The position numbers and the translations under genes were made by a program. A DNA stretch of 63,231 bases, filler included, from Klebsormidium nitens (taxonomy: Eukaryota; Plantae; Klebsormidiophyceae): assembly GCA_000708835.1 (NCBI GenBank). It is 4 parts of 4 records of this genome, joined end to end, with 100 filler letters (N's around TTAATTAATTAA, not from the genome) between each part and the next. Parts side by side here need not be neighbours in the genome. Positions count along the whole stretch, not along the records: positions 26,237 to 48,465 come from DF237896.1; positions 48,566 to 60,615 come from DF237849.1; 2 more parts are not named here. One strand, given 5' to 3'. The number at the start of each line of letters is the position of its first letter. Within the stretch, counting starts at the first letter, position 1. The notes beneath the pieces were generated by a model, which saw only the letters and a list, made by a program, of their open reading frames with translations, was not told the origin of the DNA and made no database searches. Below, piece by piece: positions 36,195 to 49,422 of this stretch.

Positions 36195-37802
36195 GCTGGC
36201 TGCAGGCGCGGGGCCAGGCACCGCGGACCCTGAGCAGGCTAGCGAGCCTGCGCAACCGATGACGTGCCGGCAGAACCCTCGAACAACTCCGTTTGGGTGA
36301 ACCGCAGAGAGAGCGGATCCTGCCGTTGAGGTGCTCTGTGCTATTAGTCTAGTTGGCAAAGATAAGACACCCGAGTTCCTCGTGCTGCGGGTGAAGGGCT
36401 TCACACAGTGGAACGAGCTTGTGTCGTTTACATGACTGTTGTACACCTGAGTTCGGCTCCTCTGTAATTGCCGGCTTTAATGAGTTTCTAAGCACTCCGC
36501 GGAGTCTATCAAAGTGCTTACGTGTTGTTCCTGTTTCTGTCGCTCGGGAATTCACTTAAGGATCTGGTTAGCCCTAAGGGAAATCAATCAATGGATCTGG
36601 AAGGCTGGGTCGAAGCCTCGCTTAATTGTTTGGGTCTCTACAGCCGGTGGCAGCCTCTTGCCTTGATAGCCAGAGAGACCGTCTGCCTATGTTCAGGGCG
36701 CAGGCTCAAGGGTTGACCTGCAAGGCAGTCCTTGCTGGCGCTGCCAAGAGGCAAACGTTCAAAACGAGATTGCGCGGAGGCTTTTGTGTCCGTCCTTGAA
36801 GGACAGTGCGGTGGAGCTCGCGCTGATCGGTTGGCGTCGAAACTTGCAACATGCAGCCCTGCCTTTTCGAACTCCGCTGAGTCTGCTGCTTTTCGTAAAG
36901 TGAAGAGTGAGGCGAGGGATAGACAAATGCGAATATTTATGCCCGCAATAACCTTAGTTCTCTATCAAGTGCACAAGAAAACGTAGGGTCGCTAATGACC
37001 CTCATGCTCACTTATACAGTTCTGACTTGTACATATGTTTGCACAAACATTGCAGTAGCTGATGCAATGATCAACCGCAGTCTATAATCAAATTTAAGGT
37101 GCCGCCGACAGTGCGCACGCAATGTACGATGAGGTGGTCCACACCATGTGCAGCCGCAAAATATATGATTGCGGTGCATGTACCAGCAGCTCCGACGTGT
37201 TGGTGCATCAGAGAGATCGATCACCTATAAACACACCTGTCAATTCCGGTTTGCACCATGGCGGCTGCTCTTGCATGCTGGCCGAAGAGCATACGTCACT
37301 CCATAACCTTTGTTTAACACTGCCATGAGGTACACCGCAAGCACAAACTAGTCCTTGTTAGCCTGCGTCAATGAATGGGCAGATTTGAGACCAAGAAGCG
37401 TCCGGCTGGAGCCGGCGCAGCATCCGGAGCCGCCGGTCCGTGCACGCCTCAGGCTGGCCCAGGGCTACCCAAGCGCGGGCTGCACTGCCCACCGATGACG
37501 AGCCGCGTGGGCGTGGGCCGCCCCTAGCTGGCGTGACCGGCCACGCCGAGTCCGCTGGCAACGTCATCACGGATTCAAAACCTTCCGGGGTCTGTCCAAA
37601 CAGATACCTCAAGCAACGCGCAGTCTGCTAAATATCCACCTACAAGCCGTAACACCTTGCACCATCGGATGGCATACCTTGCTGCTACAGTGATCCACGC
37701 CGCAGTGACCTGCCTGCGTCAATTAAATAGGTGCTAGTGCGAGCGTCGAGAATGATGGTACCTAAGGGCGGTCATTTCCATCTGGAGCGGCACATCCGCC
37801 CC

Positions 37803-39805
37803 TCATGCTGGCACGCTGGGCAGCTGCTGCGACGCCCGCTCCTCCAAGCCGGCCTCGGGCGGACCTGCCGCGGGGCCTCCGCACGGCCACAGGCTGGGCA
37901 CCGCGGCGGGCAGCTCGTGGACGGACGGCAGCGCCAGGTCGGCGCCCTCGCAGCGCTCCTGCCGGCCCACCTGCCACACCGCACCACACATCGAGACCGT
38001 GTCAGCTCATGGCGGGCACGAGCGGGGGGCTGCGGCCCCAGCCCAGACGGGGACCCCTGCCACAGGGAGTCAGAGGACCGTTGGTACGTGAAACACAAGC
38101 TGCGCTTCCCTTACAGGCCCGCCGCAGTGCTGCTGCGCCATCAGTGGCGCATGCGCTGGTGCCGCTGGGCAGTGGTGGGTGCCTCACCAGCACGGTGGCC
38201 AGCCCTGCCGCCTTGCCCGCGCCAATGTTGCGCAGGGAGTCGTCAAAGAAGAGGGTCGACCGAGCATCCGCGCCCGCAATGCACAGCGCGCGGGTATACG
38301 CCTCTGGCTGTGGTTTGCAGACTATGCGAGGGGGTCCCGATTCAAGCGCCGCCTGCAGGCCTGCCAGGCTGGCCTCCGCGCCCTTGCGCCCCGCACGTGC
38401 CAGCCGCAGGGCGACCTGCAGAGGAGCAGCAACATGGCTGGTGAGACCCATGAGCAGCGGGGCCAGTGCCCCCTGGTGGCTCTCAAGAGCAGGCGCAGCA
38501 GGCAGGGGAGGGGGGCTTGGGCGGGGCGCGCGGCGGGCACCTTGATGGTCTCAAGGGAGCTCTCGCGGCGCAGGGAGCGGGGGGGGTGGGGCTGGGCGCG
38601 CCTGAGCTGCAGGGGCTGTCGGAGGGGGAGGGGCAGGAGGGGGCGTCCTCGGGGAGGGAGGGGGTGGCGCTGCCGGAGGCGCAGGGGGACGGGTGGCCGG
38701 ACAAGGAGGGGGGCGGGGCGCCCTGGATGGACTCAAAGCAGATGACGCCGCGGAAGCAGTCGGCCAAGCCCAGGATGTCGAGCACGCGCGCAGCATGCTT
38801 GGTGTCCGCGTTGGTGAACACCTGGCAGCAGAGGGAGCAGTGAGCGGGCAGCGGGGCAAGCAGAAGCAGGACGCAGCCAGGCACGCTGCGCAGAGGGTTC
38901 CTCCGACGGGGGTGGCAACGCCACAGAGCGGGAGAGGGCAAATTGCAGGTCATAAGCTCTGGGTGGCACGGCTTGCCAATGACGAGCAGGCACCAGGCGT
39001 AGAGTGGGGGGGACACTCACCCACTTGGTCTGGGGCAGGCTCTGGAGCAGGCGGCGCAGAGCGGGGTCTGGGGTGAGAGCGGTGGAGTAGGGCAGGCGGC
39101 CTGCACGAGGCAACGCAATGGAGCTCAAGAAAGGGGCGGGCAGGCAGACAGGCAGCCTAGAAGTGCACGCACTGGAAGAGGGCCAGCACGGGCAGAGCGC
39201 CGCGGTCGGGGGCGAGCTGCAGGTGGCTGTCGCAGGGAGGGAGGAGATGCTTGCTGACCGTGCACGTAGTCGTGCCAGTCGTCGTAGTCGAGGTGGTGGC
39301 CCACGGCCTGCAGGCCGGCCATGGTGGTGCCGTACTTGGAGTACAGCTCGCTGCACAGCTCATCCACGCTGGCCGCAGGGATGCCCAGCCGCTCCACCAT
39401 GTAGTCTGCACCACGCAGCACGCACAGCGCGCATCAGCGTCGGCCAGGGAGCAGAGGGGAGCAGCGGGGAGCAGCAAGAGGGGACACGGAGCAGCCTGGC
39501 CCACAGGCGTGCAAGAGGCAAGGCGGGCACCAACGCCCACCCTGGATGTTGGTGCGGCAGGCGGCGGCCAGGCCGGAGCTGAGCGGGTACAGCGTGTCGT
39601 CCAGGTCAAAGAGCAGCGTCTGGAAGGGCCTCCCCGCAAAAGGATCGCCGCTGTTAGCGGACCTGCACAGGAAGACGGAAGTGAGAGTGGGGCACAGCAG
39701 CAGGGCGAGGCAGAGTGCCGGAGATGGGAACACGGCGAGGGGGCGGCTACACCACTACCGAGAAAGAGCACCGCAGGAGACTCACCCTTGTCCCTGGGAA
39801 CCCAT
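37803..39805 (-). CDS. HAD-superfamily hydrolase, pyrimidine 5'-nucleotidase (SDT1-like); multi-exon
   Basis: LLFDLDDTLYP (motif I), YGTTMAGL, VFTNAD (motif II), IVCKP (motif III) and FFDDSLRNI (motif IV). The start exon MGSQGQG is inferred. Confidence 0.88.
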
Positions 39806-40632
39806 TGGCAACAAGCGCTGGAGGGCGGCTGCGGTTCCCGGGCGAGACGAGCACTTAAATTAGTCTTTAATGGCTGCACGGCACTAGCGTAGGGGCAGAG
39901 GAGGAACGGACTCAGGAACCTGCCCGAATCAGAGGGCGTCGCACCGCGGGGGTCACGGACAGTACTAGAGTCTAGTCCTACACCCCTACAGTCTACAGCA
40001 GCCTCGAAACGACGAATGGCTCATGAATCCGATATTCCGAATTGCAGGAGCGGAGTCATGGCTGTTGCAACTAGGACTGGCGGGGGCATGCATCGGGCCT
40101 CCCTGAACTGTAGAAAAGTTAAACTATAAAAGTTTGTGCTTGTGGAAAGCGACGCGTTGCAAATTCAACGCCGTCAACATGAGTCTGCGTCTGCCCCTGG
40201 TCCGCTCGGCTGCTGTGCAGACTCGTGCAGACAGTGCCACTTCGCCATGTCGTGAGGTCAGCTAGGACTCACCATTGCGAACGGCTGCACGAGTTCACTT
40301 GTGGCCTACGATTGCTGACGCGGGGGCCGCAGGTGGCATTGCCCTCTTCGTGTTTCTGAAGGCTGAAGGCATTGAGAGTAGCTTGATTGCTAGGCTGAAA
40401 CTATGCAGATGCGGCAAGCGGGAACAATGCAGCTCTAACTTGATCATTGTTGCGAGCAAGAGCAATACCGGACGGCCAACGCGTTGCTGGCGGCCCTACA
40501 GAGTGGCCCGCCCCTTGGTTCCAGATCTCCAAGCCCCCAAGTGCCGCGCACAGCCCTGCATTGCAGCCGCCGCAACCTGACCTGTAGTTGCTCACCTTTC
40601 CGGTGTGCCCTTCTTCTGGTGCGCTCGCGGGC

Positions 40633-43187
40633 ATGGCTGCGTCTGGTGCGTGCGTGGCCGGCCTGGACCTGCTGGCCGGCCCAATGATGGGGCCCACCGC
40701 CGGCAGTAGCGCTGCGCAATCCCCTCGCCGCCGCACCAGCTGGCACGGCGACACGCGGGGTGCGGGCAGAGAGGAGCGCGCGGGTCGGCCGCCGCGCAGC
40801 CCCGCAGGGCCGGCCCTGGGGCGCAAGATGTGGGCCCCGCCGCTACCGGAGCGGGGGGGGACAGGCCGCACGCGGCGCATGAGCACAGGTGGGGTTAGGG
40901 CGGAAGTGCCGCAGGTGGAGGCGCAGCGGCCAATGATGGACGAGCTGGAGCGCACAGCGGGGCGAGGCATGGACGAGGGCGCGCACGGAATTCTGGATGG
41001 AGGGCTGGAGGAGCTGCCAATCAGGTACGCTTTGCACAGTACAACAGCGCCAGATCTGGGTTGCGCTCTGCGGAGAAAGCGCCAGGAAGACAGGTGCCGT
41101 ATGAGCGAAGCAGGCTGCGGGCTGCTTGCGGCAAAGAGGAGATGTTACTGCTGCAAGGCAGCTCCATTCTGCAGCTTGCGCGGCTGTCGTTGGGGCGCAG
41201 CGCTACTGTAGCAGGCCACCGAGACTCGTGTGCAGATCTATGAATGTTGTCTGATTGACATGCCGCAATGTGCTAGAAACGCTGCATACAGTGATTGCTC
41301 CCTGTGCGTCTCTGGTGCACGATTGCCGGGTGTCCTATCAGTGCCCCGGCGCGCCTTTTGGTGTTGCTGACTGTGCTGGTCTTGGCGCTGCGTGCAGGCA
41401 CGACCTGGCCATGTGCGTGGGCGTCCACGTGTGCCCGCACCCCGATAAGGTGAGCGCGCCCAAAGCACGCCACAACCGCTCCGCCTGTTGCAGCCCGAAG
41501 CAAAGCCAGGGCAATGAATGGCCCGCGACTGGGCATCAGCGGAGTTGGTCTTCGGGGTGGTTCCCCTCCCACCTCGCCTGTCTGGCACACAGATGCCACA
41601 CGGTCCACGGTGGGCTGTTGCAGCGGTGGGTCACAAACTGCGCGTGCGCACGTCCTTCTCCTTACTCACTGCAGCACGCGTGCGGGGGGGTGACATGGCG
41701 GTGGCGTTGCGGTGCAGGTGGAGAAGGGCGGGGAGGACGCCTACTTTGTGAGCGCGCGCGGCGGCGGGGTGATTGGCGTGGCGGACGGCGTCAGCGGCGT
41801 GGCGGAGGACGGCATCGACCCCGCGCTGTACTCGCGCGAGCTGATGGCCCTCGCGCACGCCGCTGCGGAGGCGCTGCCCGCCGCGGCGGAGGACCCGCGC
41901 TCCGTGCTGGAGGCGGCGCACGCGGGGGTGCGCGCGGCGGGGGCGTGCACGGCGGTGGTGGCGGCGCTGGAGGGCGGCCCAGGGAAGCTGCGCGTGGCGA
42001 ACCTGGGGGACAGCGGGCTGCGCGTGCTGCGGGGGGGCCGAGTGTGCTTTGCCACGCCGGTGCTGCAGCACTTCTTCGACTGCCCCTTCCAGTACGGCTC
42101 CGAGAGCAGCGACAGCACGGCGGACGCAGAGGCGTTTGAGGTGCAGGTGCAGGCGGGGGACTGCCTGGTCATGGGCAGCGACGGCCTGTTTGACAACATG
42201 TTCGACCGCGACATCGAGGCCGTGGTCAGCCTCTTCAACGACACGCCGCACGCCGCCACCACCACCGGTGAGCCAAGGGGGTACCACAGGCAAACTGTGC
42301 TGGCGTGCTGGGGCGGCTCTTGCTGCTGCTGTGTTGGCGCTGCTATTGGTGCCGCAGGCTGGGGCCCCGCGCGGGGGTACTGTGGGTGATTGGGGTGGGC
42401 GTGGCTGACGCTGGTGGGTGGCGTGTGCGTGTGTGTGTGTGCAGCGGTGGCGCTGGCCAATCTGGCCAAGAAGCACTCCATGGACGCCGACTACGAGTCG
42501 CCCTACATCCTGGAGGCCATCAAAGAGGTGCGGCGCTCCCTGCAACCTGCCCGCCTCTCCTGTCTGAACCCATGGAAGGAGACGTGGACTCCAGCTTCTG
42601 ATGCTGGACACCCACACTGTTTCGTCTGTCTTTCGACTTTGTGGCCGCGAAAGTGCCACTGCAAGTTGGCTATTCGAGCCCCGGTGGGCAATTCGATGGT
42701 CGGTCACAGGGTCACTTTACCCTCAAGTCCTGCTGGGTTACCACGTGACCAGGCCAAGCTTTTGGCTCTGCTTCGCGCATCAGGTACCACTCGGTGTGGG
42801 GGCTAGGGATTGGAATCTATGGTCCATGTTCTCTTCCCATCCGTTCTGTCTCTGCCCTTCTCTCAGCCTGGCTCCCCGTGTGTGGCGCGGCGCTGATGCG
42901 CGTGGCGGGGTTGCGTGCAGGGGTACGACGTGCCGTTCTGGAAGAAGATGCTGGGCCAGAAGCTGACGGGCGGCAAGAAGGACGACATCACGGTGGTCGT
43001 CGCCAACATCGTGGCCGCACCGCCGCACCCCTCCGCCGAGGATGACGACGCCGACGCAGCAGCAGCGGAGGACGACACGGGCGAGCAGGCGGCGAGCCCA
43101 CCCCCCTTGGAAGCGGCGGCAGCAGCCGCAGGGCAGCACGCGGAGGGGGGCGCACACGAGGACGGGCAGCCCGGTGCCGCGGGCTGA
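40633..43187 (+). CDS. PBCP: PTC7-type PP2C phosphatase, PBCP (photosystem II core phosphatase)-like; multi-exon; start codon uncertain
   Basis: HPDKVEKGGEDAYFV, VADGVSG, ANLGDSG, HFFDCPFQ, MGSDGLFDN and ESPY..EA..GYDVPFWKKMLGQKLTGGKKDDITV. The C-terminus matches what I recall of Arabidopsis PBCP. Confidence 0.88.
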
Positions 43188-44970
43188 CGCGCGTGGGAGA
43201 CGGCCCCTGTACAGAGCAGGCAGACGCGGGCCAGTCTGTCGACAGTGTGTATGACATGCGCGGTGTGCTGCAGGACATGCCCGGGATGCCTTGGGGTGGC
43301 GCTCATTGGGACCTGCGGCAGCCACATATCATAACGGGTTGTTAGCAAGCTGCTTCCGCTCTTTGGAGCAAGGAGTTGAATAATCAAGTATATGTCTAAA
43401 GGTGAACAAACAACCAGCTTGGGGGATGTAGGGTATCCAACTTAACCGGACATCACACATTGCACGCATATATGCGCATCGAGGCAGCAAATTGAACTTG
43501 AAGACCTCAACTAATACCGGTAGGTTTGCTGTCCAATTGTGTTTGGTTCACCTGCAATAGAGTTGAATAAGGCGTGGATGCAGACGGTTGAAGTTGGCTG
43601 ATTACAAGCCAGCCTGCAGTTCTAAGGTTCGGGTATGTACATTCAGACACACGCCGCGCATGACGCTATCGACAATCAAAGCTTTCAACGTGGCAAAGTA
43701 TTTGTATGTTTGTAGTCTCGGCATACTCGTCGCGAGGCCAATGATGCCTCGATGAATCATGATATTGACAATCTAGCGATCGAGGGCTTGAACAGCCAAC
43801 TGTTGGGGTGCCATCATATATGTGGTGCGCGTCAGGAACTAAAAGCATCCAGGGCCGCACGCGGCACACAGAGGCCGCCCATGACCACGCTTCGTATACG
43901 TACAACTTGATGCTGCAGCATCATGCACATATGCACGTGATCGATTGATTGCCATACATAGGCTGCTACTAAGTATGCAACGTACATAGGTTAGAAGGAC
44001 TTGCTTTGGTTTGTGTAAAATCCGCCGGCCTTGGCTAATGACATATCAATGTGTTAAGTATATGAATTGAAATTTGATTAACCCCTCAACTTTCAGTGCA
44101 AGAACGGTGCCGTCGCGCTGGCCGTGCGCAGCATGCATTGTCAGGGTGCGCTGCATTATGGTACGCGTGCGTATATACGCGCGCAGGCACATGACTAAGG
44201 TTGCGTACGTCACGTCCTTATATAATCTTAGCGCCGTCGAGCTGCATGGCTGGCCCCAAGCATGGTAGAAGTTAATCGTCCGAATGATCGAGTTGCTAGT
44301 CGTGTCATAAAATTGAAACGTATCCTGAACGATTGCGACGGGCCATATATAACGTTAGTACCATGCAATCTGGGGCATGTCATACATCATTATATGGCGT
44401 GACCGAACGTTATAGGATCAAACTTTCGATTTAGCGCTAGTAGCTTCACGCGCACCCGTCACACTATGCATGATGATCTCTTTTCACAAGGCCGTTTTCA
44501 TTGAATCNNNNNNNNNNNNNNNNNNNNCTATTAGGGACTGGTGACATCGGAGTTATCTGACGGCCCGGGGGAAGGCCCCAGAATTTTGTCAGCCGTCCGA
44601 TGGACCCCCCTGCCATGAATAAATTTGACTCGGAAAACACTCGCGAGCCGAACTCCGGACCAGGTTAGACCTCAGTTAAATCCAAACCCGCTAAGATTTC
44701 ACTCGCGCCGCAAACGGCGGAACCTCGAACCCGACTTGACCCACCGGGCACTGACCTCGCTAAACATTCGGAGCACACCTGCCACGTGACGTACCGACGA
44801 GAGCCCGGGACCACTGAATGTGCCCTAAATCTACTCAGAAAGTTACCGTCCGTGAGTTACAAGTCCCGGTACATACCATCGACTTGGGTACCAGGGAACC
44901 TCAGGTCCAAGTTCAACTAGCAGTGCCTTATTTCTGAGTCTCTGAAATATCGATTGAGCCCCCAAGGCCG

Positions 44971-45185
44971 CAGGGTTTGTGCGCCCCCAGGGTTTGGTGC
45001 GCCCCCAGGTGTACACGGTTTGTTGCGCCCCCAGGTCTACAAGGGTTTGGTGCGCCCCCAGGTCTACAGGGTTTGGTGCGCCCCCAGGTCTACAGGGTTT
45101 GTTGCGCCCCCAGGTCTACAGGGTTTGGTGCGCCCCCAGGTCTACAGGGTTTGTTTCGCCTCCAGGTCTACAGGTTTTGTGCGCC
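44971..45185. repeat. 26-bp minisatellite, about 7 full units plus partials
   Basis: Consensus GCGCCCCCAGGTCTACAGGGTTTGGT, head-to-tail with no spacers. Confidence 0.93.
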
Positions 45186-45539
45186 GGGGACAATCAGGAA
45201 TTAAAACCTGGACAGCTACGGTACCAACCGGGCACCGCATTACGCAGAAAATCCCCAAGGACTGTGTCCCGTACGTATGCGGTACCAACCGACTGCCCTA
45301 CTGGTCTGGTAGGTAACCTGCAATCCCCCATGACAGGGCGACCACAGGGCTACCGGGCGGCCGGGCCGACCGTAAGCTCCCGCTCTTTTTGAACCCCTCA
45401 GCCCGAGGTTCCAGCGTGGACATGTCTGACAAGACACCACATCTTCTACTGCACAGACTGTAGCGTACCTTGCAATACCACCGGTGCTACTTCTAAATAG
45501 AACCGCACCCCTATTGACGCTCGTCGCATCTATCAGAAA

Positions 45540-48465
45540 TCATGGCGCCGAGCAGCTAGAAACGCGATAGAAGAGCGATTGCAGTATGCAGACCGTAGCA
45601 TTTTTCGAGCAATTACGGGTGATTGAAAATGGCCATCGAAGACCAATACAGCCCAGCTTGGCGAGACTCTCCAGCATAGAAGGAGGCAGGAAGATATAAG
45701 ACACCAGGTAGAAGTGAAAGCATTGGAGGCTGCCATGGCATGCCAGGTGAGCTGCATGCCGAGTGAATTCCACTAGGTCTGGGGCTAGGGTTGAATAAGC
45801 AGACCTTGTGACAAGGCTCTTCTATACCTACAACCTCGAGTCAATGCTTGCTCCTTCGCTTTGCAGAACGCCTTGCTTGACTGCTGGAATACCTTAGGTA
45901 GCACACCCCTGCTTCTATCATCTGCTGTAGGTCTCATGCATACTGCGAAGCAACGCATCAAGGGGGAAGTTCAAACTCGTCCTGCATCGGTCCGTTCGTA
46001 GGCTTCTTCGATTGCTCATGGCAACCTTTTGCACGTCTTGCAGGCAACCAGAACTGTTGCCTCCGAGGACAGCGAACCTGCTTTACCAGCAATCAAGAGG
46101 CTAAGTGCGCAGCATGACAAGACAAAAACACCCCAAGAGCAGGCAAGGCCGCTCATGCTTACCCTTTTTGTCAGCTCAAGAATTTTATTTTGCAAGATCG
46201 AATAAACTCTTGGACCATGCGTGACAAACACCCTTGCCAGAGCTCCAGCTATGTTATGTGGCGCCCCCTGATTTGCTGGGGGGTCCTTGCAGGATGCTCG
46301 GTCTGAGTCCAGCTCACAGCATGATCACCTTGGGGCAAGGAGAGGTGTTAAACGCAAGCAGCAGAGCACGGGAGGCTATACAGAAGAAGACAACAGTTCA
46401 TCAGACTCCGGGCTGCAGGTTAGCAGCATTCTGCAGCTTCTTGCACCTTTATCATCATGCTACTCAGATATTTTTCTGGAACAGACATCCAGACAGAGCA
46501 TCAATGACTAAGCAACTCACCCCCTTGCCCACAACCCGTTCAGGAGTCCTCCCGAGACAATTCACAAGAGAGTAGTGCGGGCAGCGAGGACATCGGACTT
46601 TCAAACAACCGGGAGGCAAGGTCTGAGGACAGCCGCCCGGCAGGTTCGTTAGACAATTTCATCGACCCTGCCAACAGCCCCCTCGAAGGCCCGTTCTTCC
46701 ATGCAGCTGTCGACAACAAGGAACGAGCAGCACGCGCTGCAGAGCAGGTTAGCTCCCTACTTGTGCCTTTCCATGTGGCTTTACACCTCTGCCACCATTG
46801 ACGAACAGGTCTCTCCGCAGTAAAATAAACCGGTGGGCTTCTGGAAACACGACCTATTCCATCGGATGCAAACTGCTAGTGAGTCACAGGATCCGCCCAT
46901 ACCGCCCCCAATGCAAGGACGGAGACCTCCGAGAGGGTCTTTTGCAAAAGAGTTCCAACAATGACTTTCCGCATACCCACCCATGCCGCCCTGCACGTAG
47001 CCTAACATTCCCGCCTCTTCTCATGCAGTCACGAGAAGGAGTGGGGCAGCTCGAACCGGTATGTAGACGCACCCATCCAATTCTGCAGCGTGTTTGCCGC
47101 TTAATCTTTTCTTAAGTACTTATTGTTGTCTCATGAGTTCCCTAAATGCTTGCATTCAGAAGGGACATCCAGAATGACACAACGTCTTGTGCTTCCCAGC
47201 GAACTTACAGTGAGTCCACCATGCGAGTGCCATTTGTTGAGCGTCGAACCACGTCAGCGGAGACGCACAGACATTCTAAACATTCTTTTCATCTTGTAGG
47301 TAAAGAAACCGTCGAGTAGCGGCGAACGACGTCGTGACGAGGGTGTGTTTGATGAGGAGATCGCAGAACCGGACGCCGAATGGAGCGGAGACGATCTGGA
47401 CCTGGTGAGTGGTGTCTTTTTCGATCTCATCGAGTCATGGCCACGGGCTCGAATGCACTCCAACGTATGTGCCTGACGCTACATCGTGTTCTCGGTCCAC
47501 AGGGTCAGGACTGCTTGATCGAGGACCTCGCGCAAGAGATGGTGAGGACATCTGTCCGCGACCCGGAACCGGTGAGCACATCCGACTCTTTTCGTCTTGA
47601 GCACGAGTGCTGTTTACGGTTTCTGTAATCCAGAAAGTATCACGAGAACAAGCGAATTTTTAGAATCCATGAACGATCTTTGTAAGAGCGGTGCTGATGA
47701 GCATGTACGGGCTGATAGAGTGAAAGGCTCCTTCGTAATGGTTGACGTGGCATTTTGGGAGGCTTGAGCGCCCCTCGCGTGCTGGGTGGTGCGGCTGTGT
47801 CTGCCGGAAGCCGTTTTCCGGACCCTTTTGCAAAACACCCTCTCGGAGGTCTCAGTACCCGGTATGAGTGGTCTCGCATCCGAGGCGGCGTCTCGCTCTC
47901 GGTTCAGCTATGAATGAGTAAGCATCCGTGATTCTGAGGTCCTGCGTGGGTCGAACGTCGTTTCTGTCGCCGTCTGACCCGCCCTCTTGCGTTCACGAAG
48001 GGCCCGACCACGACTATCGTAGAGGAGTGGAGGCGTCTCGTGAAGGGCGGGTATGCGGTGGCGAGTGGGCTGCTGACGACGATCATGAAGGACGGTAGGG
48101 TGAGGAGAGGAGAGAGAATCGGCCGAGTGCGACGAACCATCTCGTGATGTGATCTGCAGCCCGCTTGCTGGGCGACAGCGGCGGTATGCTGTGCAGATGC
48201 TCAGCTATGCGCCTCTTTCGTGTCGCGCAGAGACGAAGAACCCGCAGCCTGGCCGGTGGAGGCACTTGACGCGCAAGGAGGCGAGCTTCTGCGCACCGGA
48301 GGACAACATGCTGTACATGACGACGGGCAAGGCGAACGACGTGATCGTGCTGGACGTGGCACTACATTGTCCGGCCGGTTGTCAAAAAGCGCACTACGAT
48401 TTGCCCGGGGCCCGCAAGATACGGGGCTGTTCATCCAGCGGGGCCACGTCAAATGTACGGAATTT
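45540..48465 (+). pseudogene. Degenerate multi-exon gene relic ending in a Prim-Pol-like domain
   Basis: Exon-like blocks bounded by CAG| and |GT, for example DARSESSSQH...GLQ and KKPSSSGE...DDLDL. A stop interrupts the first block. Joining the blocks into one gene is an inference. Confidence 0.4.
48001..48465 (+). pseudogene. Prim-Pol (bifunctional primase-polymerase) N-terminal domain fragment with a putative spliceosomal intron at 48095-48230
   Basis: Splicing gives EEWRRLVKGGYAVASGLLTTIMKDETKNPQPGRW...NMLYMTTGKANDVIVLDV, which parallels LADHGLYGIPV...NGVAILTGTSGLFVIDID in the 61520 ORF. The second Asp of DxD is absent, and a gap cuts the sequence. Confidence 0.55.
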
Positions 48466-48933
48466 NNNNNNNNNNNNNNNNNNNNNNNNNNNNNNNNNNN
48501 NNNNNNNNNTTAATTAATTAANNNNNNNNNNNNNNNNNNNNNNNNNNNNNNNNNNNNNNNNNNNNCCGCTTCACCCCACGCTATATTTCGCTGCCAGCTA
48601 ATCGATAGTTAAGTTGTCCGTAGCTCCACGCTGAGTTACGCTACAGTTAGCTGTGGGTTAGTATAACTCTGAGCCATACGGGAGTGGGAACTATGAGTAG
48701 TGTTTATTGTAAACCGCTAGTGGTCCCAGCGTTCCGGTGGTCTTCCTAGTGCAGTACAGCTACTGATTTATGCTGTGTAAAAGCCAACTTTGTACGGTAC
48801 GTAGAATCTTTACAAAATCTGCCCGAAGTAGTTTTCCTCGGCATCCAACAAAATCCGTCGACGAGATATTCAGATATTCCGGTTTAAACGGGAATGGGCC
48901 AACCGAACATTGAAAATCACTCAGTGTTTTCGG

Positions 48934-49422
48934 CCCGGGGTGGCAGCTCCCTGGATAACCCGTAGTATCTGCCAGAATATTCAACGATGGAGGGGCTTGC
49001 TTTTCCGATATATCTATCGACAAATAATTCGATATTTCCAATATATTCGATATAAAAGCTTGCTTTCCAGGATTTTGCACTGTATAAATATCCAAATTAT
49101 CGAATAAATGCAGGTATAAGCTCATATTTGTATCTTATCAGCAATATATCCAATATAACTGAATATATTCGGGTCTGAATCCTAGCATATCCGTGCTGGC
49201 ACCCTATTATTGGAAGTATTTGGTATCTATCCGGTTGAATAAATTGAATAAACATTACCCCCCCTTGATAAACTCTGAATAAAAGTGGTGATATGTGCAC
49301 AGCTCGAGGAGACGAGTGCGATGGTGCTGACAAAACTGGAATATTCGTTCGGATTCTTGACGATAAATGCATTTATCGAAATTTATTGCATTTATTTTTA
49401 TCCACGGAGCTGCCACCCCGGG
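48934..49422. mobile_element. MITE/foldback-like element with an AT-rich core
   Basis: 25-bp inverted repeat CCCGGGGTGGCAGCTCC(C/G)TGGATAA at 48934-48958 and 49398-49422, one mismatch. Weaker symmetry extends outward. No TSD identified. Confidence 0.55.

Noticed and set aside
38440-38730. Apparent frameshift in the HAD gene's Pro/Ser-rich stretch
   Set aside because: A phase-2 GT-AG intron (donor AG|GTGCCC, acceptor CACCAG|) restores the frame, leaving only a low-complexity insertion.
15174-43325. Many long Ala/Arg/Pro/Gly-rich ORFs overlapping the real genes on both strands
   Set aside because: These are shadow frames of very GC-rich exons and introns, with no family motifs.
44971-45185. 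CRISPR array or telomere
   Set aside because: The units are contiguous with no unique spacers, there are no cas genes, the context is eukaryotic, and it is not a pure TTTAGGG tract.
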